IMG/VR virus record: IMGVR_UViG_3300045988_166195
Span: 1 to 64,000 of that record
Source: a virus
Reading direction: 5' to 3' (one strand)
Length of the DNA stretch: 64,000 nt
In this document: piece by piece, positions 45,081 to 55,546 of the stretch
How the letters are laid out: each line of letters opens with the position of its first letter
Numbering within the stretch: the stretch's first letter is position 1
Translations under genes and position numbers: made by a program
The notes under the pieces: model-generated
Told to the model about the DNA's origin: nothing
The model's input: only the letters and a program-made list of their open reading frames with translations
The model's database searches: none

Positions 45081-47207
45081 GTGGTATCTATGGCCAAAAA
45101 TGAGAGTGTCACGAATGCGATGACGGATGAGTCATCGCCGTGGGGTATGGCGACCTCTCGCGTTCGCGAAGCGAGTGCCTCGATGGCTGCTGATGAGGCG
45201 CGCGATCGTGCTGCGTCGCAACAGCGAAGCTTGAAGGGTATGTCTCGTAAGGAGCGCAAGGCGTTGTTTGCTAAGACCAACGGTGCAACGTTTAAGGAGT
45301 ATGCACATCTCTTGGCAGTGAAGCCTCGTCAGGGCTATGTGTTCCACTCGGACTACTTCGAGATTGATGGGAACGTCGGGTGTATCCTGGGCTACTTCCA
45401 CGACGAGAGCGCCCGTGATGAGCTCCCTCCGTTCTGGGGTGTGAACCTCATTCCGTATCTGCCTCAGAACGTGACGGCTGTTCTGCTCCAGCAGGTCTCG
45501 CGCGTGACTGAGTCCTGGCTCAAGGACAAGATCAAGGCGTCTGAGCGCCTCGATCGTCTCGACGAGCAGGAGCAGAGCGAGAACGGCACGAAGTCGTCCC
45601 GTCGCAAGGCATCGAAGGTGTCTGCTGAGGTTGAGCAGGCGATCGCTGAAATCCAGGACGGCGCTGCCTACCTGTCTGTGCACTACCGCATTCTCTTGAA
45701 GGCTCCCTTGTTGGAGATCCTCGATGATGTCATCGATGATCTGCGTCATCGGTACATCGATAGCGTTGGCAACCTGTCGATCGCTGCACATCCTGGTCTT
45801 CAGCGCCAGGAGTTGGCGACGCTGTTTGCCCCTAACGCCTCGAAGAAAGGCAAGGGTTTCCACTTCACCTCGACTGAGCTGGCGGGTGCGTTCAACCTTG
45901 TCACCAACGGTCTCAATGACCGTGGTGGTGAGTTCGTCGGCTACATGGTCGGTGACGTGAACAACTCGGGCGTCCTCATGGACGTTGATCAGTACAGTCA
46001 TCACGTGGTGGTTGCCGATGATGAGAAGTCTCGCGCTGAGATCATGAACAAGGCTCAGGTTGCCGATATGTGGGCATCGAAGATCTCACAGGCGGCTCTG
46101 ATCAACAACAAGCGCGTTGTGCACATCATTCTCGATGGCGCTGATCTGACGGGTGTTCTCGGTCCTCGTATGGACACGATCACTGCGCGCATCGACATGT
46201 CGCAAGGTGATGTCAACCCCTTTGAGGTCTTCGGTGATCGCAAGGATCAGCTCTCACTGTTTTCGACTCACCTGGAAAAGATGGTGCTTCTGACCGAGCA
46301 GGTGTATCAGCCTACTGATGACGATCGGACGATCATCCAAGGTCAGCTGAAGGACACTCTGGAACAGTTCTATGTGGATCAGAACATGTGGGCGCGTAAC
46401 GCGAAGGACAATCAGGATCGTTTGCGTCTTGTGGGCGTGCCTCACGATCAGGTACCGCAGCTGAAGCTGTTTGTCACGTATCTCGATCAGCGCTATAAGG
46501 CGCTGACCGGCAGGGCTAACCGTGACGATGAGATGGTGCACGCATACTCTGTGCTGTCTTCTGTCTTTAAGTCCATGCTGAGTGCAAACGGTGACTTGTT
46601 CAACGTCATCACGAACGATGTCATTGATGGAACCCAAAAGGCTCGTCGCGTCATCTATGACTTTTCGGCTCTGGTGGATCGTGGGAAGGGTGTTGCGATG
46701 GCACAGCTCGTCAATGTGCTGGCGTTCGCGGCTTCGGCCTTGGGCGAAGGTGACACACTGATCATCCACGGTGCTGAGTTGATCGATAAGGGTGTGAAGC
46801 CGTACATGACTGAGCAGTTCCAGCGCCTCTTCCGTCGCAATGGCCGTGTCGCCCTGTGCTACAACGGCGTGAAGGCGATGCTGTATGACTCGGAGTTCAA
46901 CCACTTCGATGAGGCTGATTGGACGGCGCTCGGTGCGATGAGCGATGCTCTCGTGCCTGTGTATGAGAAGAAGCTGGCCAAGCAGATTCCTGTCGACATG
47001 ACGAAGGTCATCACTCAACGAGGTGAGGGGCTCACATTCTTGCGACGAGGGACGGTCAACGTTGTCTTCAAGCGTGACCTTGCGCTCGGTCTCCATGCTC
47101 ACGTGCGCGACATTACCTACGATGGAAGTGTTGCTCCCGGTCGACACAGAGGATCTGTGATGGCCCGGCAGAAAGCCCGCAAAAACGCTGAAAGGAAGAA
47201 CAAGTGA
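45081..47207 (+). CDS. Large conjugation protein, tentatively VirB4/TraE-like but without a recognisable Walker A
   Basis: Size and position (after VirB3-like, before VirB6-like) and 'HFTSTELAGAFNL'. At the expected P-loop position the sequence reads 'HHVVVADDEKS'. Likely start ATG at 45090. Confidence 0.35.
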   Translation: MVSMAKNESVTNAMTDESSPWGMATSRVREASASMAADEARDRAASQQRSLKGMSRKERKALFAKTNGATFKEYAHLLAVKPRQGYVFHSDYFEIDGNVGCILGYFHDESARDELPPFWGVNLIPYLPQNVTAVLLQQVSRVTESWLKDKIKASERLDRLDEQEQSENGTKSSRRKASKVSAEVEQAIAEIQDGAAYLSVHYRILLKAPLLEILDDVIDDLRHRYIDSVGNLSIAAHPGLQRQELATLFAPNASKKGKGFHFTSTELAGAFNLVTNGLNDRGGEFVGYMVGDVNNSGVLMDVDQYSHHVVVADDEKSRAEIMNKAQVADMWASKISQAALINNKRVVHIILDGADLTGVLGPRMDTITARIDMSQGDVNPFEVFGDRKDQLSLFSTHLEKMVLLTEQVYQPTDDDRTIIQGQLKDTLEQFYVDQNMWARNAKDNQDRLRLVGVPHDQVPQLKLFVTYLDQRYKALTGRANRDDEMVHAYSVLSSVFKSMLSANGDLFNVITNDVIDGTQKARRVIYDFSALVDRGKGVAMAQLVNVLAFAASALGEGDTLIIHGAELIDKGVKPYMTEQFQRLFRRNGRVALCYNGVKAMLYDSEFNHFDEADWTALGAMSDALVPVYEKKLAKQIPVDMTKVITQRGEGLTFLRRGTVNVVFKRDLALGLHAHVRDITYDGSVAPGRHRGSVMARQKARKNAERKNK

Positions 47208-47239
47208 ACAAGAACCATGAAAAGAAAGGAGAGAGTTTG

Positions 47240-50200
47240 ATGCTCACAAGCCGTGTTCGAGCAGTTCGGGGCTTCACCCGTGCGATGTCGTTTGTCGCAG
47301 CTGTGCTCATTGCCGTCTTTGGTCTCACCATGATCGGCGGAAGTGCGTACGCTGACAAGGACAAGGCTGAGAAGTATGACTTCTACACGCTCTCGTCTAA
47401 CGTCACTGCCTACTTCTCCGATGCGACTAAGCCTGGTGAAGGCGATGGTCTCTCGGCGGATGAGGGCTGGACGACGATCGCTCAGAATGCCAGTGAGGGT
47501 GGAAACTTGCTGGGTTACGGAGACGATGATGTGTCGAGCTTCTCCGGCTGGCTCGTTTCTAAGGCCACGGGTTCATCGAACACGGTGGGTTATGACTCGT
47601 TGAAAGTTCGCGACAACGATTCGAGCAGTGCAAACTCCGCGTATAGCGGCGTTCTCGCATATGCGCAGTATGGCTCGCTGTTGAACGCGTTGGGTCTTGA
47701 TTCCACGTCGACGGGTCTGGGGCTTCACTTCCAGAACATGGCGTTTGGTTCCATCATGGCCCTGCTGTATCTGCTCGCTGGTGGTATCGATACGATCTTC
47801 TCGGCTGTGATCTGGCTGCTGGAGACGCTTAACCCGTTCAAGCTCTTCTTCTCTGCGATCTCTGCATCGAGCACGGCAATGGCCAACGGTATGACCGGTG
47901 GACAGGGTGTGCCGGTGTGGATGCAGAGCCTCGATACCTGGTTCAGCGGCTGGTATCAGGCGCTTGTGAACCTGTCATGGACTGTGCTCATTCCGCTCTT
48001 CCTCTTTGTGTTCATCATCTCGTCTCTCATGTGGAAGAAGGGCAATGCTCTCGGTGGCTTGAAGAAGCTTGTCATCCGCGTGCTCTTCCTCGGTGTGGGT
48101 CTGCCTCTTATCGGTTCGATGTACACGGCATCGTTGGGTGTCATGAAGGACGCGACAGCGGGTGCTGGTATGGGTGCGACGCGCGTTGTGATCTCCACGT
48201 TTGTCGACTTCGAGAACTGGGCGAAGAAGGACCGCCTTGCTGTGCCGGACAATGCCACGCTTCAGTGGGATTCGTCTAAGCAGGCTCCGACCGGCGCATC
48301 TGTGAACAAGCTGCGTCAGACGACTGTGGCGATCAACAAGCTTGCGAACTCGGGTGCATTCTCGTCTGTGTCGGATATTGATGTGTCTGGCCTTGGCTCT
48401 ATCTCCACGGAGGCTGCGAAGGCAGATACGACATCGAGCGGCGGTCTGAAGGATTTCACCTATGTCGCTGCCATGGAGATGCTTCTGCGCTACACGACTG
48501 CTCAGTCGTACCAGGCATCTGACTTTGATACGGCCATTAAGGGTCGTATCAGCCAGCAAGCATCGAGCGGCCAGGAGCAGGTCAAGAGCTGTGCGACGAC
48601 CTGGTTCAATGTCCAGGCCGATGGTTCGACCAAGGCTGATGGCAAGGGTTGTTCTGCGACCAAGGCATCGGATAATCCGGTGCTGAAGGTTCGTGAGGGA
48701 TCTGGTCTCCAGGCGTCCGGTGAAAGCGGCACCATTACGTTCACGACGAGCGGCGATAAGTACGCTGGTGACTGGGTGATGCTCGGTGAGAACTTCAACG
48801 GTGCGAACTTGTCTGCGCTGTCCATGTATAACTACTTGAACACGACGTTCGACAAGAACTCGGCAACCACCTACTCGTCGAGCAACGCGGTGTCGTCTGC
48901 TACTCGTGAGTACCACAACTCTGTGAACCTGGTTGGTTCTGCTGGCGTGAGCTGGTTGTACTGGGTGAACGGCGCTGTGACGCTGCTGTGCTTCATCGTG
49001 CTTGGCCTTGGTTACGCATTCGGTATGTTCACCGGTGCGATCAAGAACTCGATGCACATCATCACGGCGGTTCCGTTCGCAACGCTGGGTTCTATGGCAG
49101 GTATCGCGAAGGTGGTTATCTACACCTTTACGATGATTACCGAGATCATCGCAACCATGTTCATCTACCGTCTCGTCCAGGAGATCATTCTGTCGATTCC
49201 GAGCATCTTCGAGGGCGGCTTGGAACATATGTTCAACTCGATGGGTGGTTTCGGTGTCTACCTGAAGAACAGTGGTAACGTCACGCTCTTTACGTCGCTG
49301 GTGTCCACTGTGCTGTTGATTCTTCTGACGTGGAAGATGATGCACTTCCGTGGTGCCTTCGTGAAGGGTCTCAATGAGGCTGTCACGAAGATTGTCGATA
49401 AGTTCCTGGACACGAATGTCGCGCCTCCCGCTGGTGGCGGCAAGCTGATGCCAGCTCTGGCCGGTGGTGTTGGCGCAGGCGTTGGCTCTGCTGCTGCTAA
49501 CCGTCTGATGAGCGGTCGTGGTGGTCTGGGCTCTGGCTCGGGACGCGGCGGTGCATCGAGCGGTCTCATGGCTGGCTCTGGCGGTATTCAGGATGGAAAC
49601 GGCGGTGTCTCGGGTATGGGCGGTGGATCGATGCTATCCATCAACGGTACCGATGGCCCTGGCCCGGATGAGATCGGTCCCGGTGCATCCGGTGGTGATC
49701 CCAACGCTCCTGGTGGCAGTGGCGGCGGTTTGCTGCTCAGCGACGGGTCGGGCGGTGTGAACGTCGACAACAGCACAAGCAACGACAACTCCAGCGCACT
49801 GATGACATCCGAGTCGGATCGTCAGCTCGCAAGTGAAGTTGATGCTCGTGGTGGTTTGTCTGAGCCAGCTCAGCTTGAGGCTGGTCCGCAGGCTGATGCA
49901 GCTGCATCAAGCAAGGTCGCCAACAACGCCGATGACGCTATGAGTGAGACGGCAGGGTCGATTCAGTCGACGATGGACGCTCATAACAAGGCTGATAAGG
50001 CGCGTGTTGACCAGGCAACGTCCGGTGTGAAGGCTGTGTGGCACGGTGGTAAGGCCGCTGCTAAGGCTTACTCCGGTGATGTCGCAGGTGCTGCTCAGGA
50101 TGGCCAGAAGGCCCTGGGTGATGTCCAGAGCGCTCAGACCAAGGGTCAGGAGGCGAAGGCTCACCGTCAGTCGGCTGAGGCACCGCGTCCTGTTCAGCCA

Positions 50201-50512
50201 GCGCGTACAAGCCAGCCACAGTCTCAGCCTCAGCGTGGTGCTGTGGGTGCTCAGCGTCAGCAGGTTCGTCAGCCTCAGGCGCAGCCTCAGCAGCAGGCAC
50301 CGACGCAGACGCAGGCTCCAGCACAGACTCCTGCGCCGTCTCGACCGGCACCGTCCCGTGGTGGTAGTTCTCGCTCGCTGAGTGCGCCTCGTCAGGGCGC
50401 GTCGCAGATGCCTGTGAAGGGTAGCTCTCAGGGTGCATCGGGTAAGGCGGGCAAGGGCCTGAAAGGCGTGAAGCCTTCGGGTGGTTCTTCGATGCCGCCG
50501 ATGCCCTCGTGA
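47240..50512 (+). CDS. Polytopic membrane protein, VirB6/TcpH/ConG-like, with Gly/Gln/Ala/Pro-rich disordered C-terminus
   Basis: Signal peptide, six or more hydrophobic helices, large extracytoplasmic loops. Strong Shine-Dalgarno GAAAGGAGAG before the ATG at 47240. Confidence 0.5.
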   Translation: MLTSRVRAVRGFTRAMSFVAAVLIAVFGLTMIGGSAYADKDKAEKYDFYTLSSNVTAYFSDATKPGEGDGLSADEGWTTIAQNASEGGNLLGYGDDDVSSFSGWLVSKATGSSNTVGYDSLKVRDNDSSSANSAYSGVLAYAQYGSLLNALGLDSTSTGLGLHFQNMAFGSIMALLYLLAGGIDTIFSAVIWLLETLNPFKLFFSAISASSTAMANGMTGGQGVPVWMQSLDTWFSGWYQALVNLSWTVLIPLFLFVFIISSLMWKKGNALGGLKKLVIRVLFLGVGLPLIGSMYTASLGVMKDATAGAGMGATRVVISTFVDFENWAKKDRLAVPDNATLQWDSSKQAPTGASVNKLRQTTVAINKLANSGAFSSVSDIDVSGLGSISTEAAKADTTSSGGLKDFTYVAAMEMLLRYTTAQSYQASDFDTAIKGRISQQASSGQEQVKSCATTWFNVQADGSTKADGKGCSATKASDNPVLKVREGSGLQASGESGTITFTTSGDKYAGDWVMLGENFNGANLSALSMYNYLNTTFDKNSATTYSSSNAVSSATREYHNSVNLVGSAGVSWLYWVNGAVTLLCFIVLGLGYAFGMFTGAIKNSMHIITAVPFATLGSMAGIAKVVIYTFTMITEIIATMFIYRLVQEIILSIPSIFEGGLEHMFNSMGGFGVYLKNSGNVTLFTSLVSTVLLILLTWKMMHFRGAFVKGLNEAVTKIVDKFLDTNVAPPAGGGKLMPALAGGVGAGVGSAAANRLMSGRGGLGSGSGRGGASSGLMAGSGGIQDGNGGVSGMGGGSMLSINGTDGPGPDEIGPGASGGDPNAPGGSGGGLLLSDGSGGVNVDNSTSNDNSSALMTSESDRQLASEVDARGGLSEPAQLEAGPQADAAASSKVANNADDAMSETAGSIQSTMDAHNKADKARVDQATSGVKAVWHGGKAAAKAYSGDVAGAAQDGQKALGDVQSAQTKGQEAKAHRQSAEAPRPVQPARTSQPQSQPQRGAVGAQRQQVRQPQAQPQQQAPTQTQAPAQTPAPSRPAPSRGGSSRSLSAPRQGASQMPVKGSSQGASGKAGKGLKGVKPSGGSSMPPMPS

Positions 50513-50718
50513 GCCCATGGTGACTGTGTGAGAGTGTTCATGTGACACTCATGACGCCCTCGATTATGCTGGATCTCCAGTGTGATCGAGGGCGTTTCAC
50601 TTGCTCGATGCACGTGGGTTGTGTAGTATGTATCTAGGTCATGAGTGTAGGCATCTGACAACCCGCCGGGCTCTGGCCAGATGCACATGTCAGCTATTTT
50701 CAAACGAAAGGAGAGATC

Positions 50719-51123
50719 ATGTCTCTCGATATTCTCGCTACTCAGACGATCGATGTCCTCAACGCCCAGGCGAATCGTGCACTCTTCGCGATCGCGGATA
50801 ACCCGCTTGTTGCGGACTGGGATCTGAAGAGCTTCCTCGTCAATGCGACGACCTACATCAAGTTCATTGGTGGTCTGGTCATCGTGCTGCTCGGTACGGC
50901 TGCGGTCGTGTGGGGCGCTTACAAGTTCTTCAGCAAGTTGTTTGGTGGCCAGTCGGCCGCTCAGACTTCTTGGGTGACTGTCGCGCTGCTCATCATTATC
51001 GGTGGTGCAGCGATGGCCGGTGGTGGCTCTCTCGTCTTCGGTATTGCCGAGGGTGGTAAGACCACGATTGAGGATCTCGGCGGAGGCACGATTCTGCCGT
51101 ATCTTCTGACCATGTGGCCGTGA
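50719..51123 (+). CDS. Small membrane protein (134 aa, two TM), possible T4SS pilin-like/VirB2-class component
   Basis: GAAAGGAGAG Shine-Dalgarno. Two long hydrophobic helices. Confidence 0.45.
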   Translation: MSLDILATQTIDVLNAQANRALFAIADNPLVADWDLKSFLVNATTYIKFIGGLVIVLLGTAAVVWGAYKFFSKLFGGQSAAQTSWVTVALLIIIGGAAMAGGGSLVFGIAEGGKTTIEDLGGGTILPYLLTMWP

Positions 51124-51253
51124 TAGGTTAACAGCGCAACGATGGTCAAAAGGTCACTGTGACAGCCGGGGCCGGTTCATCCGGCTCCGGCTGTTGCTAT
51201 CCACACGCACTCCCAGATTAAAAACATAGAACACGAATCGAAAGGATCACAAT

Positions 51254-52702
51254 ATGGCATGGGGTAAAGGTAAAAAGAACGGTGAGAATCAGAATGTATC
51301 TGTGGATGACGTTCGTGATGATGCCGCTGTAGACACTGTAGTGGCTGACGATACCTCGTCTAGTTTCGCTGCGAAGTTTAAGGCATTCCAGACCCGCTTC
51401 AAGTTTGATTCGCACCACGCGATGGAGCGATTTGGTGTCGCTGTGGCTGTTTTCAGTCTGACGGGCGCAGCACTGTTGACTGGTGCAGGTGTGTCGTCGT
51501 ACACGAATGCCCAGGAACAGCTCAGCGCGACGGCGATGTACACGCAGAGTTTTACGACCTCTCGCACGCAGGCAACCGGTCGCGTGATGGGTGTGTACAC
51601 GGATCCGTCTAAGACTCGCACAATGGTGCTTCTCAATGCTCGTGACGAGGCACGTCTTCCCGCGAACGCGGATGACTACCAGGTGTTCCTGACGGGCACC
51701 GATCGCGAGCTCCATCAGCACTCGTTGAAGGGTAAGTCGATCACGGCTCGTTACGTGACGTTCGGTAACAACGCCAAGTACATGGCGGTTGTCCTGGATA
51801 ATCCGAACGGCTTCGATCTTCAGATCCTTGATATGACGATCCGTATCAACCGAGAGATCTCCTACAAGGAGGGCGAGGGTGCTGCCAGTGAGCCCCAGTC
51901 CGGTGGATCGTCTTCGTCGAAGACTGACCCTAACGCAGGCGATAAGTCTTTCCAGCAGTACGATCAGATGCGTATTGCTTTCAACCCTGTGGCATCGGGA
52001 TCTGTCAGCATGAACCTTGGAACGGCTGGCACTGAGTTCAACGCAGGCGATGTCTACCACGAGGCTGTGACTCGTGATGCCGAGCAGAAGTTGCGTGATC
52101 AGATGGATGGCCAGTTGCTTCAGATGAAGGCCGATTTGGCGAAGATCGACCAGTACACCTCGCAGATTTCTACAACCTCTGTGAACGATCGTGGCACGAT
52201 GCTTCAGCTCAATGAGCCTGTCGTTCCCGATGTCATCGCAGGCGATCAGGTGACCGGTCAGGATGCGAAGAGCAGCAAGACCGGTGAGTCGACGCTGTTC
52301 CTGTCGTCCAAGACTGTGGTACCTGGTGGTTACGACTTCGATTGGCGACACGGCACCGTGAACGAGGGTTACCTCGATCAGGTTGTGCCTAAGGGCATGA
52401 GCTACGTGGACTTCATGAAGTCTCAGGCTGCGTTGTCGACTGGTTCGCCGGATTGGCAGAAGGTTGAGTTCACTCTGACCAACGGTACGCCGTTGACTGC
52501 GTACACGAACCGTGACACGTTCGTGAAGCCGTTGCTGGATCTGCGTAGCAACCTCATCACGTCGTGGCAGACCTATTACGACCACAAGAAGGCGTACCAG
52601 GTCACGTCCTACAACGATCTGCTTAATCTGGAGATCGAGCTGCGTAATGTGCGAACGAACACAGTGCAGAATACAAATGCCAATGTGTTGACGTTGTACT
52701 GA
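51254..52702 (+). CDS. Membrane-anchored extracytoplasmic protein (single N-terminal TM helix), possible VirB8/TcpC-like T4SS component
   Basis: One TM helix at about aa 60-80 and a large soluble domain. Context only. Confidence 0.4.
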   Translation: MAWGKGKKNGENQNVSVDDVRDDAAVDTVVADDTSSSFAAKFKAFQTRFKFDSHHAMERFGVAVAVFSLTGAALLTGAGVSSYTNAQEQLSATAMYTQSFTTSRTQATGRVMGVYTDPSKTRTMVLLNARDEARLPANADDYQVFLTGTDRELHQHSLKGKSITARYVTFGNNAKYMAVVLDNPNGFDLQILDMTIRINREISYKEGEGAASEPQSGGSSSSKTDPNAGDKSFQQYDQMRIAFNPVASGSVSMNLGTAGTEFNAGDVYHEAVTRDAEQKLRDQMDGQLLQMKADLAKIDQYTSQISTTSVNDRGTMLQLNEPVVPDVIAGDQVTGQDAKSSKTGESTLFLSSKTVVPGGYDFDWRHGTVNEGYLDQVVPKGMSYVDFMKSQAALSTGSPDWQKVEFTLTNGTPLTAYTNRDTFVKPLLDLRSNLITSWQTYYDHKKAYQVTSYNDLLNLEIELRNVRTNTVQNTNANVLTLY

Positions 52703-52759
52703 GTGTGGGACGGGACGAAAGAACGGATAAGAGCTCGAATGAACGAAAAGGAGATAGGT

Positions 52760-54640
52760 ATGAAACCAGAGGGGATTGAAAAGCTCCCTCAGAGTCAAGA
52801 TGCCGGTATTGAACCGTCTGCTCAGCCCAATGAGCCTGTGGACACGGGAACTGACACAGGAGCGAACGGCACCGATGTGATGGGTTCTGGTGGCGCTGAG
52901 CCCGGTGGCGGCGGTTTGCTGGGTGACGGTATCCAGGGAGGCCAGAACAAGAGTGGCGCGAGTAAGGCTGCGACCGGAGCTGCTGCTGGAGCAGCGGCTC
53001 CTGCTGCGGCGCAAGCCGCTGCGCTGACTGTGTTTCTCAATTGGCTCAAGACGGTGATGATGTCGATCATGGCAGCGGCTCAGTCACTGTGGTCTGCGAT
53101 CACAGGTGCTGTTGTTGCAGCAGCAAAGGCTGTCGTTGGTTTCTTCACAGGAGCCGGTGCAGCTGTTGCCAGCGCACTAGGTGGAGCTGTGTCGGCGGCG
53201 ACCGCGACTGTTGCAACGGTTGTGGCAACGGCTGTTGGCGCGGGTGCTGTTATTGCTGGTGGCGCGGTTGCGTTGCGTGATGGCGACATGGCTGCTCGCA
53301 GCGATGGGTTGCTAGAGCCATGCACTGTGGCTGTTGAAAACGCAGCAAAGGCAGCAGACGGCGCTGTTGGTGATGTATCTGCCAAGACCGAAGAGAATGC
53401 CAAGACTGTGTACTCTGTGCTCTCTGCCTGGGGTATGTCGGATGAGAACATTGCTGGTGTTCTGGGCAACTGGTCGCACGAGTCGGGTATCGATCCAACC
53501 AGTGTGGAGACGATCTTTGACGAGAAGTTCACGATTGGTCCTCGTAAGCAAGACGCTGAGGCCAAGGGCTTCAAGATTGCACAGGTGGATCCTGCGTATT
53601 CGGCACGTTTCCCTGCGATCGATCTCATGGGTATTGGTCTGGGTCAGTGGACAAACGGTCGTAACGCGCTGCTCACCGAGTACGCACAATCGATCGGTAA
53701 GCCGTGGTCGACGCTGGAAACCCAGCTCGGCTTCATGATTTCAAAGGACGATCCGGCTCGCGTGGCTCAGGTGAAGGCTCTGATCGACAACTCCGAGGGT
53801 GGTAGTGTCTCTGCGTCGACCTCGTACTTCCTCACCAAGTGGGAGGGCATCAACGATGGTACGCTCGGCTCTCGCGAGAGCGCTGCTGGTACCTGGTTTG
53901 CCAAGATGGGCGGCTGGGAGAAGAACAAGTCTCTCGCTGATTCGATTTTGGCTCAGTCGGGTAGTGCTGTGACTGGTGCGAACAGTAGCTCCGTGGCTGC
54001 TGCTGCCAGCAAGTGCAAGTCGCACGGTGGCAAGGTGGATAACTCCACGATGGTCAAGGCTGCGATCTCTTACGCATGGCCGTACAACGACGATGGTAAG
54101 GGTAACGACGGTACTGACATCTACAAGTACCTCCACAAGGAGGTGCTCGGTGAGTCGGATAACTACTTCGCCTCGTGCGACCGTACTGTTGCCACCGCTG
54201 TTCGCTGGTCTGGTACTGACGATACGTATCCTGCTGGTGGCGTGTCCAACCAGCTAGAGTATCTTCAGGGCCAGGGTGGCTCGAAGTGGACCAAGATCGA
54301 TTACAACGGCGATAAGTCCAAGCTTCAGCCCGGTGACATCCTCCTGCGTACGACCGGCGGTGTGTCGCACACGGTCATGTATGTGGGCGAAGACTCTGTG
54401 AAGGAGGTCTGGGGCGAGGGTAACTACGAGCCTCAGGGTGAGATTGTCTCGGGTTCGCTCAACGATCGTGCTCCGACAGTGGGCCAGTTCTACACCGGTT
54501 CGACCGGTCTCGATACGGACTATGTCGCGTATCGAAACACCACGAAGGAGTCTTCCTCGAAGTTTGCATCGGTGACGGTTCCGTCCACGATGCAAAAGGG
54601 TCAGGGCGATAAGAACTCTCGTCTGACCCCTGGTCCGTGA
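52760..54640 (+). CDS. CwlT-like bifunctional cell-wall hydrolase: TM/Ala-Gly-rich anchor, lysozyme-like domain and C-terminal NlpC/P60 peptidase
   Basis: 'GNWSHESGIDP' lysozyme-like block. NlpC/P60 Cys 'FASCDRTV' and His 'GVSHTVMYVG'. AAAAGGAGA Shine-Dalgarno before the ATG at 52760. Confidence 0.7.
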   Translation: MKPEGIEKLPQSQDAGIEPSAQPNEPVDTGTDTGANGTDVMGSGGAEPGGGGLLGDGIQGGQNKSGASKAATGAAAGAAAPAAAQAAALTVFLNWLKTVMMSIMAAAQSLWSAITGAVVAAAKAVVGFFTGAGAAVASALGGAVSAATATVATVVATAVGAGAVIAGGAVALRDGDMAARSDGLLEPCTVAVENAAKAADGAVGDVSAKTEENAKTVYSVLSAWGMSDENIAGVLGNWSHESGIDPTSVETIFDEKFTIGPRKQDAEAKGFKIAQVDPAYSARFPAIDLMGIGLGQWTNGRNALLTEYAQSIGKPWSTLETQLGFMISKDDPARVAQVKALIDNSEGGSVSASTSYFLTKWEGINDGTLGSRESAAGTWFAKMGGWEKNKSLADSILAQSGSAVTGANSSSVAAAASKCKSHGGKVDNSTMVKAAISYAWPYNDDGKGNDGTDIYKYLHKEVLGESDNYFASCDRTVATAVRWSGTDDTYPAGGVSNQLEYLQGQGGSKWTKIDYNGDKSKLQPGDILLRTTGGVSHTVMYVGEDSVKEVWGEGNYEPQGEIVSGSLNDRAPTVGQFYTGSTGLDTDYVAYRNTTKESSSKFASVTVPSTMQKGQGDKNSRLTPGP

Positions 54641-54768
54641 TCATGTAGCATCACTCATGGCACCCCGTACTGGATGATTGCATCTGGTACGGGGTGTTGT
54701 GGTATGATTGATTATGTTGATACACGAGTGAAATCACGTCAGTGGAAAAGAGATAGAGAAAGGGAGTG

Positions 54769-55545
54769 ATGACCATGGCAGATCGAATGAGCAAGCTCAG
54801 TGAATGGGCGAAGACACCAACGCCGAAAACGCATTGGAAGAGTGGTCAGGAATTGGCCGATGAGCTCGAACGTAAGAGGGCTCAGCGCGCCGAGAAGAAG
54901 GCTCACGACGACGGTGACGGTAAGAAGCGTCGTATCGATCTGAAGATCGCAGCAGGTCTGGGCCTGGCTGCAATGGGAATCGGCATTGCGATTGTTGGTA
55001 CTCAGAGTGCTCCGATCGATCGAAGCGCTGAGATCCAAACGTTGACTGCGCAGGTTGCCCAAGCTCAGCAGGCATCCGAGGTTGTGCCCGATGTCGAGGG
55101 TGCGAAGGCGGCTGTGAATTCTCTCCAGGAGAAGAGCCAGCAGGTGGCTGATCTCCAGAACGAATACCGTGGATGGTCGACGAGCACCTCGGACGCAGAT
55201 GCGCAGCGTGTGGCTGATCTACATGCTCGGCTTGCCGAGTTTGTACCTGATGGTGCTGCTGTGCGTTGGTACGCGCCACTGGCAAAAGACGCCTCGGGTC
55301 AGACGAGTGCCTTGCCCGCTGATCAGTACGAATGGGAATCGGTTGTCACGTACGGCGTGACAGACACGTCGGCACTGCCGATTGCATGGCTGTGCAAGAG
55401 TTCTGACGGCACGCTGTTGGCGTGGACGACGGCTACGTATGATGCTGCCTCGGGTACGTTCTCCGGTGTCCACACCGGAGTGACGACCGCTGGTGCGCGT
55501 TTGCTTGTCAGCGATGACACTGCTCATGAGAACGGAGTTGGTTGA
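54769..55545 (+). CDS. Membrane-anchored protein (N-terminal TM helix, basic N-terminus)
   Basis: ORF track. GAAAGGGAG Shine-Dalgarno. Confidence 0.45.
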   Translation: MTMADRMSKLSEWAKTPTPKTHWKSGQELADELERKRAQRAEKKAHDDGDGKKRRIDLKIAAGLGLAAMGIGIAIVGTQSAPIDRSAEIQTLTAQVAQAQQASEVVPDVEGAKAAVNSLQEKSQQVADLQNEYRGWSTSTSDADAQRVADLHARLAEFVPDGAAVRWYAPLAKDASGQTSALPADQYEWESVVTYGVTDTSALPIAWLCKSSDGTLLAWTTATYDAASGTFSGVHTGVTTAGARLLVSDDTAHENGVG

Positions 55546-55546
55546 G

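Noticed and set aside
47975-53628. Long minus-strand ORFs (47975..49345, 51218..53014, 53080..53628, 53312..53689) within the T4SS block
   Set aside because: All are antisense to well-supported plus-strand genes (VirB6-like, 51254..52702, CwlT-like). They are His/Arg/Thr-rich with no Shine-Dalgarno sites.
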